A stretch of 64,000 nucleotides of DNA, taken from positions 62,001 through 126,000 of the forward strand of contig JBODTK010000149.1 of NCBI GenBank assembly GCA_050613775.1, read 5' to 3'. This DNA comes from Neocallimastix sp. 'constans'. Taxonomy: Eukaryota. The stretch's first letter is position 1. The number at the start of each line of letters is the position of its first letter. The notes under the pieces were generated by a model, which was given only the letters and a program-made list of their open reading frames with translations, made no database searches and was not told where the DNA came from. Position numbers and translations under genes: made by a program. Below are positions 38,381 through 53,208 of the stretch, one piece after another.

Positions 38381-39021
38381 ATTATTTAATTAAAGTTATT
38401 TTATTTAAAATATATTTTATTTATATATTTATATATGAAAATATATAAAGGTAATTACAAAGATTTAAAGAGAAAATTTACATGTATTTATACTAATTAT
38501 GTGGCTTGTTCTAGACTAAAATTAATTTATACATTAATTTATACATTTGATTTAAATCATTGTTTTATATTATTATTTATATTTTTTAAATTATTCATTT
38601 ATTAAATTTTGTTTCTAGATTAGATATAATAGCAATTATAAAAGAGAAAAATATTTAGAAATAGTTTTATTTCTTTGTCCAAGAATAAGAAATAGTAGAT
38701 TAGTGTAATTCTTGAGATCAGAATATGAAAATAAATATTAATTTTAGGAATAAATATTAGTTTACATTTTAAATAATGATAAGTAAATGTAATTTTTCTA
38801 AATAAATAAAATATAAATAAAATTATTTTTATAAAACATATAAATTATATCCCCCAAATAAAGAATAAACCTTAAAAGAGCCGAACCTGAACCTTAACTT
38901 CGTACTTTATCACTTGGTTGTTTATAGGAATTAAAAATTAAAAAGTGAAATATTAAATAAAGTTTTAAATTAAACCATAAACATCTTTATTAAATCCACA
39001 TATCAAATAAATAAGCAAGTC

Positions 39022-39542
39022 TATTTTATTTTATTTTATTTTATTTTATTTTATTTTATTTTATTTTATTTTATTTTATTTTATTTTATTTTATTTTATT
39101 TTATTTTATTTTATTTTATTTTATTTTATTTTATTTTATTTTATTTTATTTTATTTTATTTTATTTTATTTTATTTTATTTTATTTTATTTTATTCAATC
39201 CGTACTTTATATTTATATTTCAACTATTTTTATTTTATTTTATTTTATTTTATTTTATTTTATTTTATTTTATTTTATTTTATTTTATTTTATTTTATTT
39301 TATTTTATTTTATTTTATTTTATTTTATTTTATTTTATTCAATCTGTACTTCATATTTATATTTCTACTATTTATTTTATTTTATTTTATTTTATTTTAT
39401 TTTATTCAATCTGTACTTTATATTTAATATTCTACTATTTATTCTGTTTTATTTTATTTTATTTTATTTTATTCAATCTGTACTTTATATTTAATATTCT
39501 ACTATTTATTCTGTTTTATTTTTTTTTATTTTATTTTATTTT
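39022..39542. repeat. (TTTTA)n array punctuated by four copies of a ~30-bp unit
   Basis: CAATC(C/T)GTACTT(T/C)ATATTTA... starting at 39196, 39340, 39407 and 39474. Confidence 0.9.
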
Positions 39543-40495
39543 AAAAATTATTAAAAATAAATAATTATTTTTCTTTTTTTTTTAAAAATTTAATTAAAAT
39601 AAATTAAAAATGGAATTAATGGAATTTAAATTTTAAATATTTTTTTTTTTTTTTTTTTTAATTCATAGTGTGGTGTTAATGTTAATCAACAGTTAAACAT
39701 AACGTTACACAAATTCATTTTTTACCATATTTTTTTTTTTTTATTCCCTGATATAGTTTTAATTTTATTTTATTTTTTTTTTATTCTTTTTTATTTTTAA
39801 TTTTTTTTTAAAATCATATTAAACATATATATATTTTTTTTTATTTTAATATAAAATTCAATAAAATTTAGGTGAAATTTTCTTGTTAGATACTTAGTTA
39901 TAGTGTTTTAATCAGCAGCATAATTTTACTTTTTTTGTTTTTTGTTTTTTGTTTTTTTATTTTCAAAAAATTGTTTTTTATCTTACTTTTCATAAATATT
40001 TTTTGTTTTAAAAAAATATTTGCAAAGAAAAAAAAACTTTTTTTTTTTATTTTTACACAAAGTCTTGAATAAATTTTTTAATTATGGATTCCTTGGATTC
40101 ATTATTCTCTAATATAACTAGTGAAACCTTTCAATATATATATATTTTGTATCATGTATCAAAAAAAAATAATAAATAGTAAATAATAAATTATAATTAT
40201 ATAGAAATATATCAATGTTTAATAATTGAAAAAGAAGAAAAAAAAAAAAAAAAAAAAAAAAGAAATAAAAAAAAAGAAAAAAAAAAGAAATAAAAAAAAA
40301 AAAAAAAGAAATGTTAATCATTAGAAATTATAACTAATTAATTAATTATAATTTTTAATGATTAACATTTCTTTAATTAATTAATTCAGAGAGTAAATCA
40401 TGGAATATTGAATTGGATATTTTAATAAAAACATTGTAATATTTATAATATATATTATTTATTTAGTTATATTTAGTTGTGGAGAGAATAATTTA

Positions 40496-40742
<247 letters not shown>

Positions 40743-41323
40743 GTTAAAAGGAAAAAAATTATGCTTTCAAAGTTAAAAAAAAAAACAAAAATAAAAAATA
40801 TAAAAAGAGTAATTTTTCCTTCTAATTCATTTAACCATTTCAGAGACTAAAACCTTTATAATTATTATATTACTGTTTATTATTAAACTATCAATGATTA
40901 TAATGATCACTTCACAATAACGATTACTCTTTTATAATTACTATTCAATACGAATTCAATATTTTCTATTCCCTATTTGCTAATTCACCTTCATCTATCA
41001 TTATTCATGATTTCCTTTTTTTTTTAAAAAAAAAAAAAATTTAAAATCATGAAAAAAAAATATTAATGATTACTCCAATTCGTATATGCATGTATATTTT
41101 AATATATATATAATATGTGTTTTTATATATTAAACATTTAAAAAATGATCTTTTATTAATTTATTTTTATTATATTTTATATTGATATATTTACATTATA
41201 ATTATTATATTTATTTATTAATTATTTATTTATTTTATTAAAATTAATAATTAATTTAATTAATTAATTAGTTCAAATCATTTACTTCATTATTAAATTA
41301 CAAATTTGGTTTTATCAAAAAGG

Positions 41324-41372
<49 letters not shown>

Positions 41373-41618
41373 TTCAAAAAAATAAAAAATAAAAAATAAA
41401 GAATAAAAAATAAAAAATAAAAAATAAAAAATAAAAAAAATAAAAAATAAAAAATAAAAAATAAAAAATAAAAAATATAAAAAAAATATAAAATATAAAA
41501 TATAAAAAATATAAAAATAAAAAATAAAAAATAAAAAATAAAAAAAAATAAAAAATAAAAAATAAAAAAAAAATAAAAAATAAAAAATAAAAAATATAAA
41601 AGATATAAAAATAAAAAA

Positions 41619-42145
41619 ATGAAGTGTTTAAATTTATTATTTTCTTTAGTAATGATATGTACTCTTCAATGGGGAACTCATCTTATAGTCAAGGCTGATG
41701 TTCCAAAAGATATATATTTCCCTAAAAATAGTAATGGTGTTTCTCTTGATGACGGAAATAGGCAATTGTATATGGAAGAAAGTTTTTTTTTTTTTTAGGT
41801 GGTGATGAAAGATACAAACTTTATAATTGTAGATTCAATAACCCAGCTTATTCTGTATATTGTGAACTTACTAGAAAAAACATGCGTTACAGAGTAAAAT
41901 ATGTACTTGAAAATAAAATTACATACCAAAAATGTAATCTTGATAGGAAATACTTAAATAATGGTTACTTTAAAAATGTATCTGTTAGAAATGATGACGA
42001 AAATACTCTTCCTTTTGGTAATATAAGTGAATATGAAAGTTTTGAAGGAAGTCATCGTAGAAATTATGGTCCATATGCTATATTTAGAACTAAAAACTGT
42101 AGTTTTGTTAGATTTACTCGTGAAATATATATTTATAAAATTTAA
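41619..42145 (+). CDS. Putative small secreted protein of unknown function
   Basis: ATG at 41619 gives a signal-peptide-like MKCLNLLFSLVMICTLQWGTHLIVKA. It joins the 41801-42145 frame either by an intron (41731-41798) or by a length change in the T14 run (41783-41796). Four Cys in the mature part. Confidence 0.6.
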
Positions 42146-42599
42146 TTAACATAAATATTAAAATGAAATAAATTGAATAAAAAAAATAGAAAAAAAAAAT
42201 TAAAAAAAAAGTAGAATAAAATACAAAATAAAATAAACTCTATATTTAATGTAGAATAATTACAAAATTAATTTTTTAAAATTCTTATTTAGGATAGTAT
42301 TAATGATATTCTAAATAATTATTAAAATATTAGCATAAAATAATTCTATTAAATGTAAAAATAAAATTATAAAAATAAAATAAAAATTAAAAATTAAAAA
42401 TTTTAAATTAAATATTATAATTTTTTTTTATAATTTTTATTTATTATATAATATGATAAAAATTAATTTTCTAATATTATAAGAAAATAATTAGAATATT
42501 TTATATCTGTCAGTTTTTAATAATAGTAAAAAGAATAATAAAAATTATAATAATAATTAAAATAATAATTTTGATAATACTAAATAATAATCAACCTTT

Positions 42600-43310
42600 A
42601 AACTTCTGAATGGGAGAAGGAATACTCCCATAAATCAAACCAATACGACGCTTTTAACTAGTTCACTTACTGAAAGTAAGAAATCTTCGAATATAAAAGA
42701 TAATAAAGAAATAGTCATTGTTGCTGAAAGAAGAAATAGAAAAACTAATGAAAATAAACCATATAAGAAAGCAACTAAGAAAAGTTTTAAAAGAAAATCC
42801 TTAACCAATTAAAAGTTCCATTAAATAATCAAAAACCAATAGAAATGGAACCAGAAAGTGAAACAAATAGTTAAAAATAAAGAAAATCAAAATCAAAATG
42901 AAACAGAAGCGTTAAATCATCTTGATCCGTCTTTTATAAATGAACCTTCAATTGAAAAAGCAAAAAAAGAAGAAACAAGAAAGAGAGGGCTAAAGAAATA
43001 AAGGAATTAGCTATAGAAATACAACTTCCAAGTGAGAAAAATGATAGAAAAATCCAATAAGGAAAACATTAAAAAAAAAGATTAAAAATAACGGAGGATA
43101 GTTGTGAAAGAAAGTGTGACAGAAATAAAAAATGAGGAAGATGAATATTAATGATAAATTCAAAGAAGAATTAAATAAAGGTGATGAGCTTAGTTGATTA
43201 TTTACTAACCACTGAAGCTAAAATAGATTCAAATTTTATATGAAGAAAAATAATGATATTAACGAAATTGATAATTCTTTTGGAAATCATGATGATAAAG
43301 ATGAAAAATA
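42600..43310 (+). pseudogene. Decayed Glu/Lys-rich coding-like segment, origin unknown
   Basis: Purine-rich, codon-like stretch with many stops; no motif recognised. Confidence 0.25.
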
Positions 43311-44129
43311 TTTTTTTTTGTAGTATTAATGATAAAATAAATAAAATAAAAATGATAGTTATTTAAAGATAGTATTTGAATGTAAAAATTAATAATTTTT
43401 CTAAAGTTTTTTATAATAATAATTGCTTTTCTAATAAAGATGTAAATAATACTAGCAAAAAATTTTTATATATTATAAATAATCATGATGATCTATTTTT
43501 TTTTTTTTTTTTTTGAAAAAAATAATATAAATTTATTTTTTTAAAAATTTTTCTTTTCATAGAATTTAAATAAAAAATTATTTCCCTTATTTTTTTGTAG
43601 TTATAATTGAAAAAAGAATATAAAAGTGTTTATCTTTATAATTATAAATGTACTTTGAATTTTCTAATAAACTAATTACCAGTAAAATTAGTAGAAATAC
43701 AATTTGAAATTTAAAAAATTTTTTCTTTAAAAATCTTGAAAATAAAATTTATTATTTTTAAAAAAAATTTAATTTGGAAATTTAGCCAAACAAATTGATC
43801 TAATTTAGTAGTTCTTCCTGAAATACCTTTGACTTAAGATTTTATTTTTTTTTTTTTTTTTTTTTGCTTTTTGAAATATTTTATTTTAATTTATTTACTA
43901 ATTTTTCCATAATAAAATTACAAAAGGATCCTAAATCTAACATAGATTCAGATGTTAATTTTTGATTTTTTTTTTCATTTTTTAATTGTTAAATTATTTA
44001 AAAAATTTAATAAGAATATAAGATTTAAATAAAAGAAAAGTAGATGGTAAATTTGATTTATTGATTGAATCAAGTGTAGAAAAATTATAATAAATTGTTT
44101 TTAAATTTTTTAACGATCTGGATTCCTTT

Positions 44130-44795
44130 TGAAGCCCATCAATTAGTTTTTTTTTTTTTTTTGTTTATTATTTTGATTATTATTAATGTAATATTATTAT
44201 TAAAATAATTATTGCAAGATTTATTTTTGGTATAATTATTATTAATATTATTATTATAATTCTTGTTATTGTTAACATGTGGGTTTGAATGTTTCTTTCT
44301 CAAGTTTTTATTACCATTATTACTTCTTGAATTGGTCCTTACCTTTATTATTATTTTCAAATAAGATACACTTGGTATAAATAACACCAAGTTTAGAAGG
44401 GAATTCCTCCATTTTTTTTTTTTTTCTATTTCTTCTTGGAAACTTTGGGTGAAGTCCATTATAGAAAAATAAGACTAAAAGCTTCTTCATTCCAAGACAG
44501 ACCAGTAGTTAATGTTCTTAACTTTTCTATATAATCATTTATTTTTCAGATGGAATGTTTTAATTTTACTAACTGGATTTTAGCCAATTTTTTTTACTTG
44601 AAACATTCGTAAAAGTTTCCCTTATATCACTTCTTGTTATAAGTAGTAATATACCAATTTTCATGCGCTATAGGAGCTTCAATAAGTTTTTCCTTAAGAA
44701 TTTTTTCTTTAAATCTTTCTTCAGTTATATCATCCCAGATATATTTTTACATTTTTCTTGAGTAGTTTAAATTATTAGCAAAAAATCTTTAAATA
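44130..44795 (-). mobile_element. Degenerate gypsy gag remnant
   Basis: Minus frame AKIQLVKLKH...INDYIEK...GLSWNEEA resembles the gag of elements A and B. Confidence 0.55.
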
Positions 44796-44801
44796 AATTT
44801 T

Positions 44802-45005
44802 CTATATCATATCCAATTGCATTTCACCTAAGAAAGATCTTAAATTGAATAAATATTTTTTTAGAGTGATTCCCATTTGGATATTTTTTACATCTACCTT
44901 TTTTTTGGTACTGGCTTTTATACCTTCTGTGGATAAAATATGGCCTAGTACTTTAACTTTTTGTTTAATAAAATTGGCACTTTGATAAATTAGCCTTTTG
45001 ACCAT
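44802..45005 (-). mobile_element. Gypsy RT C-terminal fragment
   Basis: KVKVLGHILSTEGIK...LRSFLG. Confidence 0.65.
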
Positions 45006-45049
45006 TTTTTTTTCTTTAATAATATCGAAAAAAAAAACTATTTTAAAGA

Positions 45050-47153
45050 TCCAATATATGATGAATTTTTAGGTTACATTTTATCTGGTAGTGGGGTATC
45101 TATGACCCAAAAAAAAAAAAAAAATAAATCTATAGAAGATTGGCCAGGACCAGAAAATTTAAAAGATGTTCAAAGATTTATTGGCTTATACAAATTACTA
45201 TGGAATATTTGTTAAAGATTTTATGCAAAAATTGCAAAACCTTTACATAATTTAACAAGGAAGAATAGAAAATTTTTATGGACAAATGAATGTGAAAAAT
45301 GTTTTTTTAAGGAATTAAAGAAAAGATTAATTTACTTCTCTAATTCTACTCTATCCTGATATTACAAAACCTTTTATATTTATAGTTGAATGTGATGCAA
45401 GCAATTATGTTATTGTTACCCTTCTATCTCCAAGGGATACCGATAATAATTTACATCCAGTAGCATATTATTCTAGAAGTTTACTAAACGCTGAAATAAA
45501 TTATACAATTACTGATAAAGAACTACTCGCTATAAGGAATGCTTTTATTACTTGAAGACATCTACTCCTTGGTGCTAAATACTAAATTACTGTCTATACA
45601 GATCATAGGAACTTAATATATACACATTAGGAGGAGGAAAGGTTGCAAATCAAAGACAACACAGATGGTACCTTTTCTTCCAATAATATAATTTTATATT
45701 AAAGTATAGGCAGGGAAACAAAAATGGAAAACCTGCCAGTTTGTCCAGAAGACCTGATTATATTAAAAAGCAACACTGAAGAAAAAACCTATAAAATATT
45801 TTAGATATTAAAAATGTTTAAAGAAATTCCATGTTTTTGTTAGTATTGTTAGTGACCTTTTTGAAAAAATGATTGATGCTACCAAGTCCGACGCTACAGC
45901 TGAGGATATTCGACTTTCCTTTAGTCCTCAAAAAAAAAAAATAAATGATATGTCTTATAAGCCCATTAGAAAAATGGAAAAGTTTAAAATAAAAGACAAT
46001 TTAATTATTTTATAATGATCTAGTCCATATTCCTGAAGTTCTACAATTAGAAATATTAACTAAATATCATGAAAAGCCTGCAGCTGGTCATTTAGAAATT
46101 AGAAGAACTTTAGAGTTAATACCAAGGAACTTTTGGTGGCCTAAAATAAAAGAAAAAGATGAAACCAAATTATGTAAACTCTTGTCAATCCTGTACAAGA
46201 AACTAAATAAATAGGCACAGAAAATATGGTCTTCTATAACCTTTGAATACCCCCGAAAGACCTTAAAAATCTATTGAAATCGACTTTTTTATGAGGTCTT
46301 CCAGATTCTAAAGGATATACAGTAAATAATGGTAGTTAGTTGTCGATCGGTTTTTCTAAAATGATCATCATGAAACCGTCGGACAAGTTAAAAGATGTAA
46401 CTCTTTTATTGAACAATATCTTAGAGCTTATTCAAGAGCTTATTATCATGATGATTGGATTGATTGGATTCTACCTTGCAGAATTTGCATAAAATAATTC
46501 TGTTAATGAATCTACTAAGGAAACTCCTTTAATTATAAACTATGGGTTCCATCCTTCCATGGACGAGTTCTTTTTATTACCTCAAATGGATACTAAATTT
46601 TAAATATATAAAAAATGTAAATACTAGATTTAATCACATAAAAGACGTCTTACTACGTTCCAAAGAATTATATAAAAGGTATGCTGATAAGAAAAGATTA
46701 GATCCTCCTGTTTTTAAAGAAGGTGACTTAGTATGGGTTCTGACTCCTCCTTCTCTCAATATCGAAGATAATTCTAAATTATCACCTCGAAAGTACGGAC
46801 CTTATAAAGTACTTGAAGCTTTAGATAATAATAATTATAAAATAGATTTAAAAAAGATCTCCTTTCCCTAAACATCATCCAGTATTCCATATATCCTAGC
46901 TCAATCCTTTCATTCCTACTCCTCTAGAATATAGAAAAAGAAGATCTCATGACGAATCTATTAAGGACATTATAGAAATCTCTGGATTTAGGACTAACTA
47001 TAAGAAAAAATGTTATGAATATCGTGTAAAGTATAAATATAAAAATACAAATGATTGGATTCCCTTTCAGAAGAAGTTGAAAATAACCCAAGAAATCAAG
47101 ACATTTATTTATTATATTTAAACAATGGAAGGATGTTTACTTCAATTGCATAT

Positions 47154-47155
<2 letters not shown>
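45050..47155 (+). mobile_element. Heavily decayed gypsy pol (end of RT, RNase H, internally deleted integrase, chromodomain-like tail)
   Basis: FLGYILSGSG, VECDASNY, DKELLAI, TDHRNL, AGHL, FWWP, GQVKRCN, YGPYKV motifs across shifting frames. Confidence 0.9.
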
Positions 47156-47202
<47 letters not shown>

Positions 47203-47896
47203 AACAATAGTTTAAAAAAAAAATTTTTATAATATTTTATAAAGGATTCTACCACAATAATAATAAATTATTATAATTATAATTATATGGTAAATATCCT
47301 AATAATTAAATTTTATATTAATCATCAAATCACAGTTCGTTGGTAGTCTTAATTGGTTTTTAATATTTTTATCTCTTAATTTTTTTTCATTAACTTATAA
47401 CTAAATGAATTTTATATTAAGTATTTTTTTTTTCTTTTTTTTTTTTTTTTTTTTAAACATTAACATAACTAATTAATAAAAATGAATATATAAAAAAAAA
47501 AGTAGATCTTCTAATAAAATTATTAATTGATATTATTATTGATTATAATTATAATAATTATTTAATATATTAATTAATACTATCTTTGTTATTAACATTT
47601 TATATATATAATAAAATGTATCCAAAAAAATTATTTCGAGAATTTTAATATTTTTCTTTCTTTTTTTCATTTTTTTTTTTTTTTTTTAAAGTATATATAT
47701 AATTATTAAAATAATAAAATAAAAAAATATATAAATATATATAAATTTGTAAATAATTAAAAATTAATTATTGTATATAGATTAATAAATGAAAGATATA
47801 ATTGTCTTCATTATTTAGTATAATAAAAAAAAAATAGGTATGGAAGATCTTTGTTATAAAGGTGGTATTATACAATCAATATTTATATATAACGAT

Positions 47897-47937
<41 letters not shown>

Positions 47938-48725
47938 ATACTTTAAATATTAAAATAAATATATATATATATAATAAAAAAAAAAAAAAAAAAAAAATAA
48001 TAATAATAATAATAATAACAATGATAATGATAATAAGAATAAGAATAAGAATAAAGAGAACAAAAATATTACTATTATTAAAATTATTATACAAAGTATA
48101 TATGGATTTTATATATATATATATATATCAGGTAAAGTATCTATAGATAACATACCTATCTTTCTTCTGTAACAGTGATTTAAAAAAAATTTTTTTACAT
48201 TTATAATAAATAATAAATATATAATATATAATAAATAATAATGAATGATCAATTAACAATGAATAGACATGTACTTGATGTATCCTAACATAACATAATA
48301 TAGATTTGATATAAATATAAATATTAAAATTTTCATGCTTTATTATTATTATTTTTAATAAATAAATATAAAAGTTTGGTTTGTATGTACATACATAAAT
48401 AGAAGCTATTAAAGTTATTCAAGTTTCAAATGATGATGAAAATAATAATAATAATAATAATAATAATAAGTAAAAAATTTTCAATTAAAAGAAAAACAAG
48501 GAGAATAAGGAAGAGAAGTAACAAAAAAAAAAAAAAATTCATTTTTCTACACTATATATACATAGTTTTAAAATATATTAATGATATTAACTAACATAAA
48601 TATATAATTCATAAAATTATATATATATATAAATATATATATATAAATAATAATAATAATAATAATAATTATTATTATCATCATAAACTAAACCTTTATG
48701 GTTTTTAAAGTGTAATATGTCATAA

Positions 48726-48756
<31 letters not shown>

Positions 48757-49155
48757 GAAATAATACATATATAAATATTACCAAAATATATATATATATA
48801 TATAAATATAAAAAAAAAATAAAATAAAATAAAATACACCTTTTATTTTTTATATATAAATATAAACATAAATATAAATATATATTTAAAAAATATTTAT
48901 ATTACTTGTTATTGATTTTATTTTTTATTTTTTTTATTTTGTTTTTACTTTTATTTTGTTTTGAATTTCTTTTTTTTTTTTTTTTTAACTTTTTAAGAAT
49001 TGCTAATTTTTTTTTTAATATTGTCCTTTATTATTATTATTATTATTTAAAATTTATTGGCATTTAAAATTTATAAATTTATTATTTTCTTTGAATTTAT
49101 AAATTGTTTAAAATTCATTGTAATTCTTCTTTTTTTTTAATATATATTAATATAT

Positions 49156-50752
49156 TTAGAAAGTAGAACCTTCTGGTGGTTGTGGTAACTTTCTTCCTTG
49201 GTTTGCCATTTCACTTTTATTATTCATTTTATTGTTTATAATTATTTTTTTATTTCCATTTTTTTTTATTCATAATTATTAAATATATGTTATATACAAG
49301 ATAGAGTAATAAAAATTTATTAAATAAGCAAGTATATATATATATATTATATATTATATATAGAAGTTAATTTAGTATTTTATATTACATAAATTTAATA
49401 ATAAATGTATGAACAATCTTTTTAAATTTAAATATATATATTTAAATTTATACTACATTCATTATTGCTATTTTTATTATTATTATTATTATTATTATTT
49501 CTCTTATTATTTTACCTGCGAAGTTCAGATAAGATATGTTCAATAGTGTATTGACGCTTCCAATTGTTTAAGCAATGTAATTTTTCGACCTTTTGTATAT
49601 ATTTTTATTTATTTGTTTGTATGTTTATAATTGCAATTATTATAATTATATAATTTAATTTTATAATAGAATTAAATATCATTAGTATATAATAATAAAA
49701 TCAATTCAAATATAATTATAATTAAAGCATAAAAAAAAAACCTTTCCAGTATGTTGATTAACAGATGGAATATTAATCTTTGAAATAAAAGAAACACTTG
49801 GAGCCTTATCTGGATAATCCATGTCACAGAAAATCTTTAAAGAATAAATTCTGTTTTCATGAACGGACTAAATGAATACAGAATAATATAAAAATAATAA
49901 TATTACACAATATATAAAATAAATAATATTAGATTAGATTAAATATATTTATTTTATGAATAATATAATTTTTATTTATATAATCATTATTAATAGTTAT
50001 TTTATTATTTAATTACTTAATAACATCAAATTTCATAATTTTATGTATTTACAAAATAAATCTAATTTCTTTTTTTTTTTTATTAAACTTATAATAATAT
50101 AACTATTTTATTTAATGATTAAAAACTTACGAATGGTGGGCCAATAATAGTACCATTCCATTTAGATAATAACATATCTTCACCATCTTCAAGACCATAA
50201 CTTAAGGAACCATCACCAATACCTTTTTCACCCTTTTTTAATAATTACATTTAAATTTTAAATTTTGTTATTATTTTTTATTATATTTATTGTATTCAAT
50301 TAATATATTTCTTAAATTATATGTATATACATATATATATAATATATTGAAAATATAAAAATAAAATTATATTACCTTTTCTAATTCTTCTAAAAGTCTG
50401 AAATTACGTGGGACTATTTTTTTTTTTTTTTTGGGAAAAAATTAATAAATATATATTATTGTTATTATTTAAAATAATATAAATAAATATATTGATGTAA
50501 GTATAAATTTAAATATTTTTATTAAATAATATATACAATATATTTTATTATTTTTAAATATTTAGTTTTTAAAATTATTAAGTTGAAAAATGATAGATCA
50601 TCTATACAATTAATTAATACTTTATAATAAATACTTTTAGATTATCTATATTTTTATCTATTAATATATTTTTTATAATCTTTTTATATTTTTAATCTGG
50701 TTTTTTTTTTATTCTAATTAATAATTCATCTTTGAAATTTACCCTTTGCCAT
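49156..50752 (-). CDS. MMS2: Ubiquitin-conjugating enzyme E2 variant (Mms2/Uev1), 135 aa; exons 50752-50743, 50413-50376, 50232-50131, 49867-49742, 49589-49516, 49213-49156
   Basis: Spliced product [24 protein letters not shown]...WNGTIIGPP...HENRIYSL...[11 protein letters not shown]. All introns GT-AG and phase-consistent. Missed by the ORF track. Confidence 0.96.
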
Positions 50753-51847
50753 TTTTAAATTGTTGATTATATATATAAAATAAATATAAAATAAATATTT
50801 ATTATATTATTTTTTTTATAGGAAAAAAAAATTTTTTTACTTTTTTTTTTTTTTTTTTGAAAATTTTTTCTATATGTACAATTAATTAATTACTTAGTAA
50901 TAAAAATTAGTTCATGATTAATCATAATTTTATCATTTAATATATTGTTATTTAACTTTATTAACAAACGAATTAAAAAAATGTATATATAACAAAAGAT
51001 GTAAATCCTAATCTTTTGTTAACCATAAAATAAGTATTAATATTTATTAATAATTAATAATAAATATTTTTTTTTAAAAAAAAAAAAAAAGAAAAATTAA
51101 AGCATAAATTTATAATTTAAAAAATTTTATATGTTTCATCTACCATAAAGATTACTACTAATTATTGAATAAATGCATATGTTTTTAAGCCATTAATATT
51201 ATCAAAAAAAATATATATATATATATATTATTATTATTCAAAGATGAATATAAATATAGATATATTTAATTAATCATATATCAATATAGTTTAAAAAAAA
51301 AGTTCAAAAAAATTTATATTCTAATATATCTATTATTTTATTTCCTATCATCCCTTAAATAAAGTACATATTTCATTTTGAGCAATAAAAAAATTTAAAT
51401 AATAACTCAAAAATTATATATATTTTATAATTTTTCTACAGCTACAAAAGTTACATATAATGTATATTTTATCCTTTATTATTTGAATACTCTTAGAAAA
51501 AAGAAAATTTTAATAAAAAATATGACACATCACATATGTTTTTTTTTTTTTTTTTTTTTTTATTTTTTATTTATTAAATTTTAATAATTAAAAAACATAA
51601 TATAACATATTTTTTTAAAAAAAAAAAAAAAAAAAAACATGAACTATGATTTATTATTAAATTATTAGTAAAAATAAATAATAACAATTAAATAAAATTA
51701 AATACAACTCTTCTTTTGTTCTGTTTTCATAATTTATATTACTATAAATAAAGAAAATTGTTTACTACAACGAATTTGAAAATGTTTTTTTTTTTTTACA
51801 ATTTAAATATTAGAAAATTACTAATTATTTTTTTTAATAATATATAT

Positions 51848-53208
51848 AATAAATAAATAATAAATAATAAATAATAAATAATAAATAATAAATAATAAAT
51901 AAATAATAAATAATAAATAATAAATAATAAATAATAAATAATAAATAATAAATAAATAATAAATAATAAATAATAAATAATAAATAATAAATAATAAATA
52001 GTAAATAATAAATAATAAATAATAAATAATAAATAATAAATAATAAATAATAAATAATTAAATAATTAAATAATAAATAATAAATAATAAATAATAAATA
52101 ATAAATAATAAATAATAAATAATAAATAATAAATAATAAATAATAAATAAATAATAAATAATAAATAATAAATAAATAATAAATAATAAATAATAAATAA
52201 TAAATAATAAATAATAAATAATAAATAATAAATAATAAATAATAAATAATAAATAATAAATAATTAAATAATAAATAATTTAATATTTGTAAATAAATAG
52301 AAAAATAAATATATCATTAACAAATAAACCATTGATCTTTTTCCAGCATTTTAATTAAATAAATTTAATGGTAAGTAAATATTAACAATGTAATGTAATG
52401 TATTGCAAATATATTTTTAATATATAAATTTTAATTATTATTATTTTTTTTATTATTATTATTATTATTTTCTTTTTATTCTTTTTAACTTTTAATTTTA
52501 ATTTTTATTCTTTCAGTTTCTTAACTTTTTACCTTTTTTTTAATTTCATATGATATTTACACATATTACAATATAATACAATTTAATACAATATATTATA
52601 TAATTTAATTATTTTAATTATTAAAGATCTTTTATTTTTTTTATTATTAATTTTTATTAATATGTTGTTTATAAAAAAAACTATAAAAGAAACACTTAAT
52701 AAATGAATAATACTATTAATGCTATTAATAATAATAAATAATAAATAATAAATAATAAATAATTATAAATAATAAATAACGGAATAATTAAATAATTGAA
52801 TAATAAATAATAAATAATAAATAATAAATAATTGAATAATAAATAATTAAATAATAAATAATAAATAATAAATAATAAATAATAAATAATAAATAATAAA
52901 TAATGGAATAATTAAATAATTGAATAATAAATAATAATTAATAATTAAATAATAAATAATAAATAATAAATAAATAATAAATAATAATAATATATAATAC
53001 ATAATACATATAATAAATATAATAAATAATAAATAATAAATAATAAATAATAAATAATAAATAATAATAAAAAATAAGAAGAGTATTTATTAATAAATAA
53101 TAAATAATAAATAATAAATAATAAATAATAAATATAATTAAATAATTGAATAATAAATAATAAAAAAAAGGAGTATTTATTAATAAATAATAAATAATAA
53201 ATAATAAA
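51848..53208. repeat. Two (AATAAAT)n heptamer arrays (~51848-52280 and ~52730-53208)
   Basis: Direct reading; they lie between the divergently transcribed MMS2 and UBL genes. Confidence 0.9.

Larger units (their letters stand above)
26271..38634 (-). mobile_element. Full-length Ty1/copia element C; LTRs 38634-38380 (5') and 26525-26271 (3')
   Basis: 255-bp near-identical LTRs. TSD ATTAT at 26266-26270 and 38635-38639. PPT GAGGGGGGAA at 26535-26526. Domain order gag-PR-IN-RT-RNase H. Confidence 0.97.

Noticed and set aside
39190..39510. CRISPR-like spaced repeats
   Set aside because: Spacers are (TTTTA)n rather than unique sequence; no cas genes; eukaryotic context.
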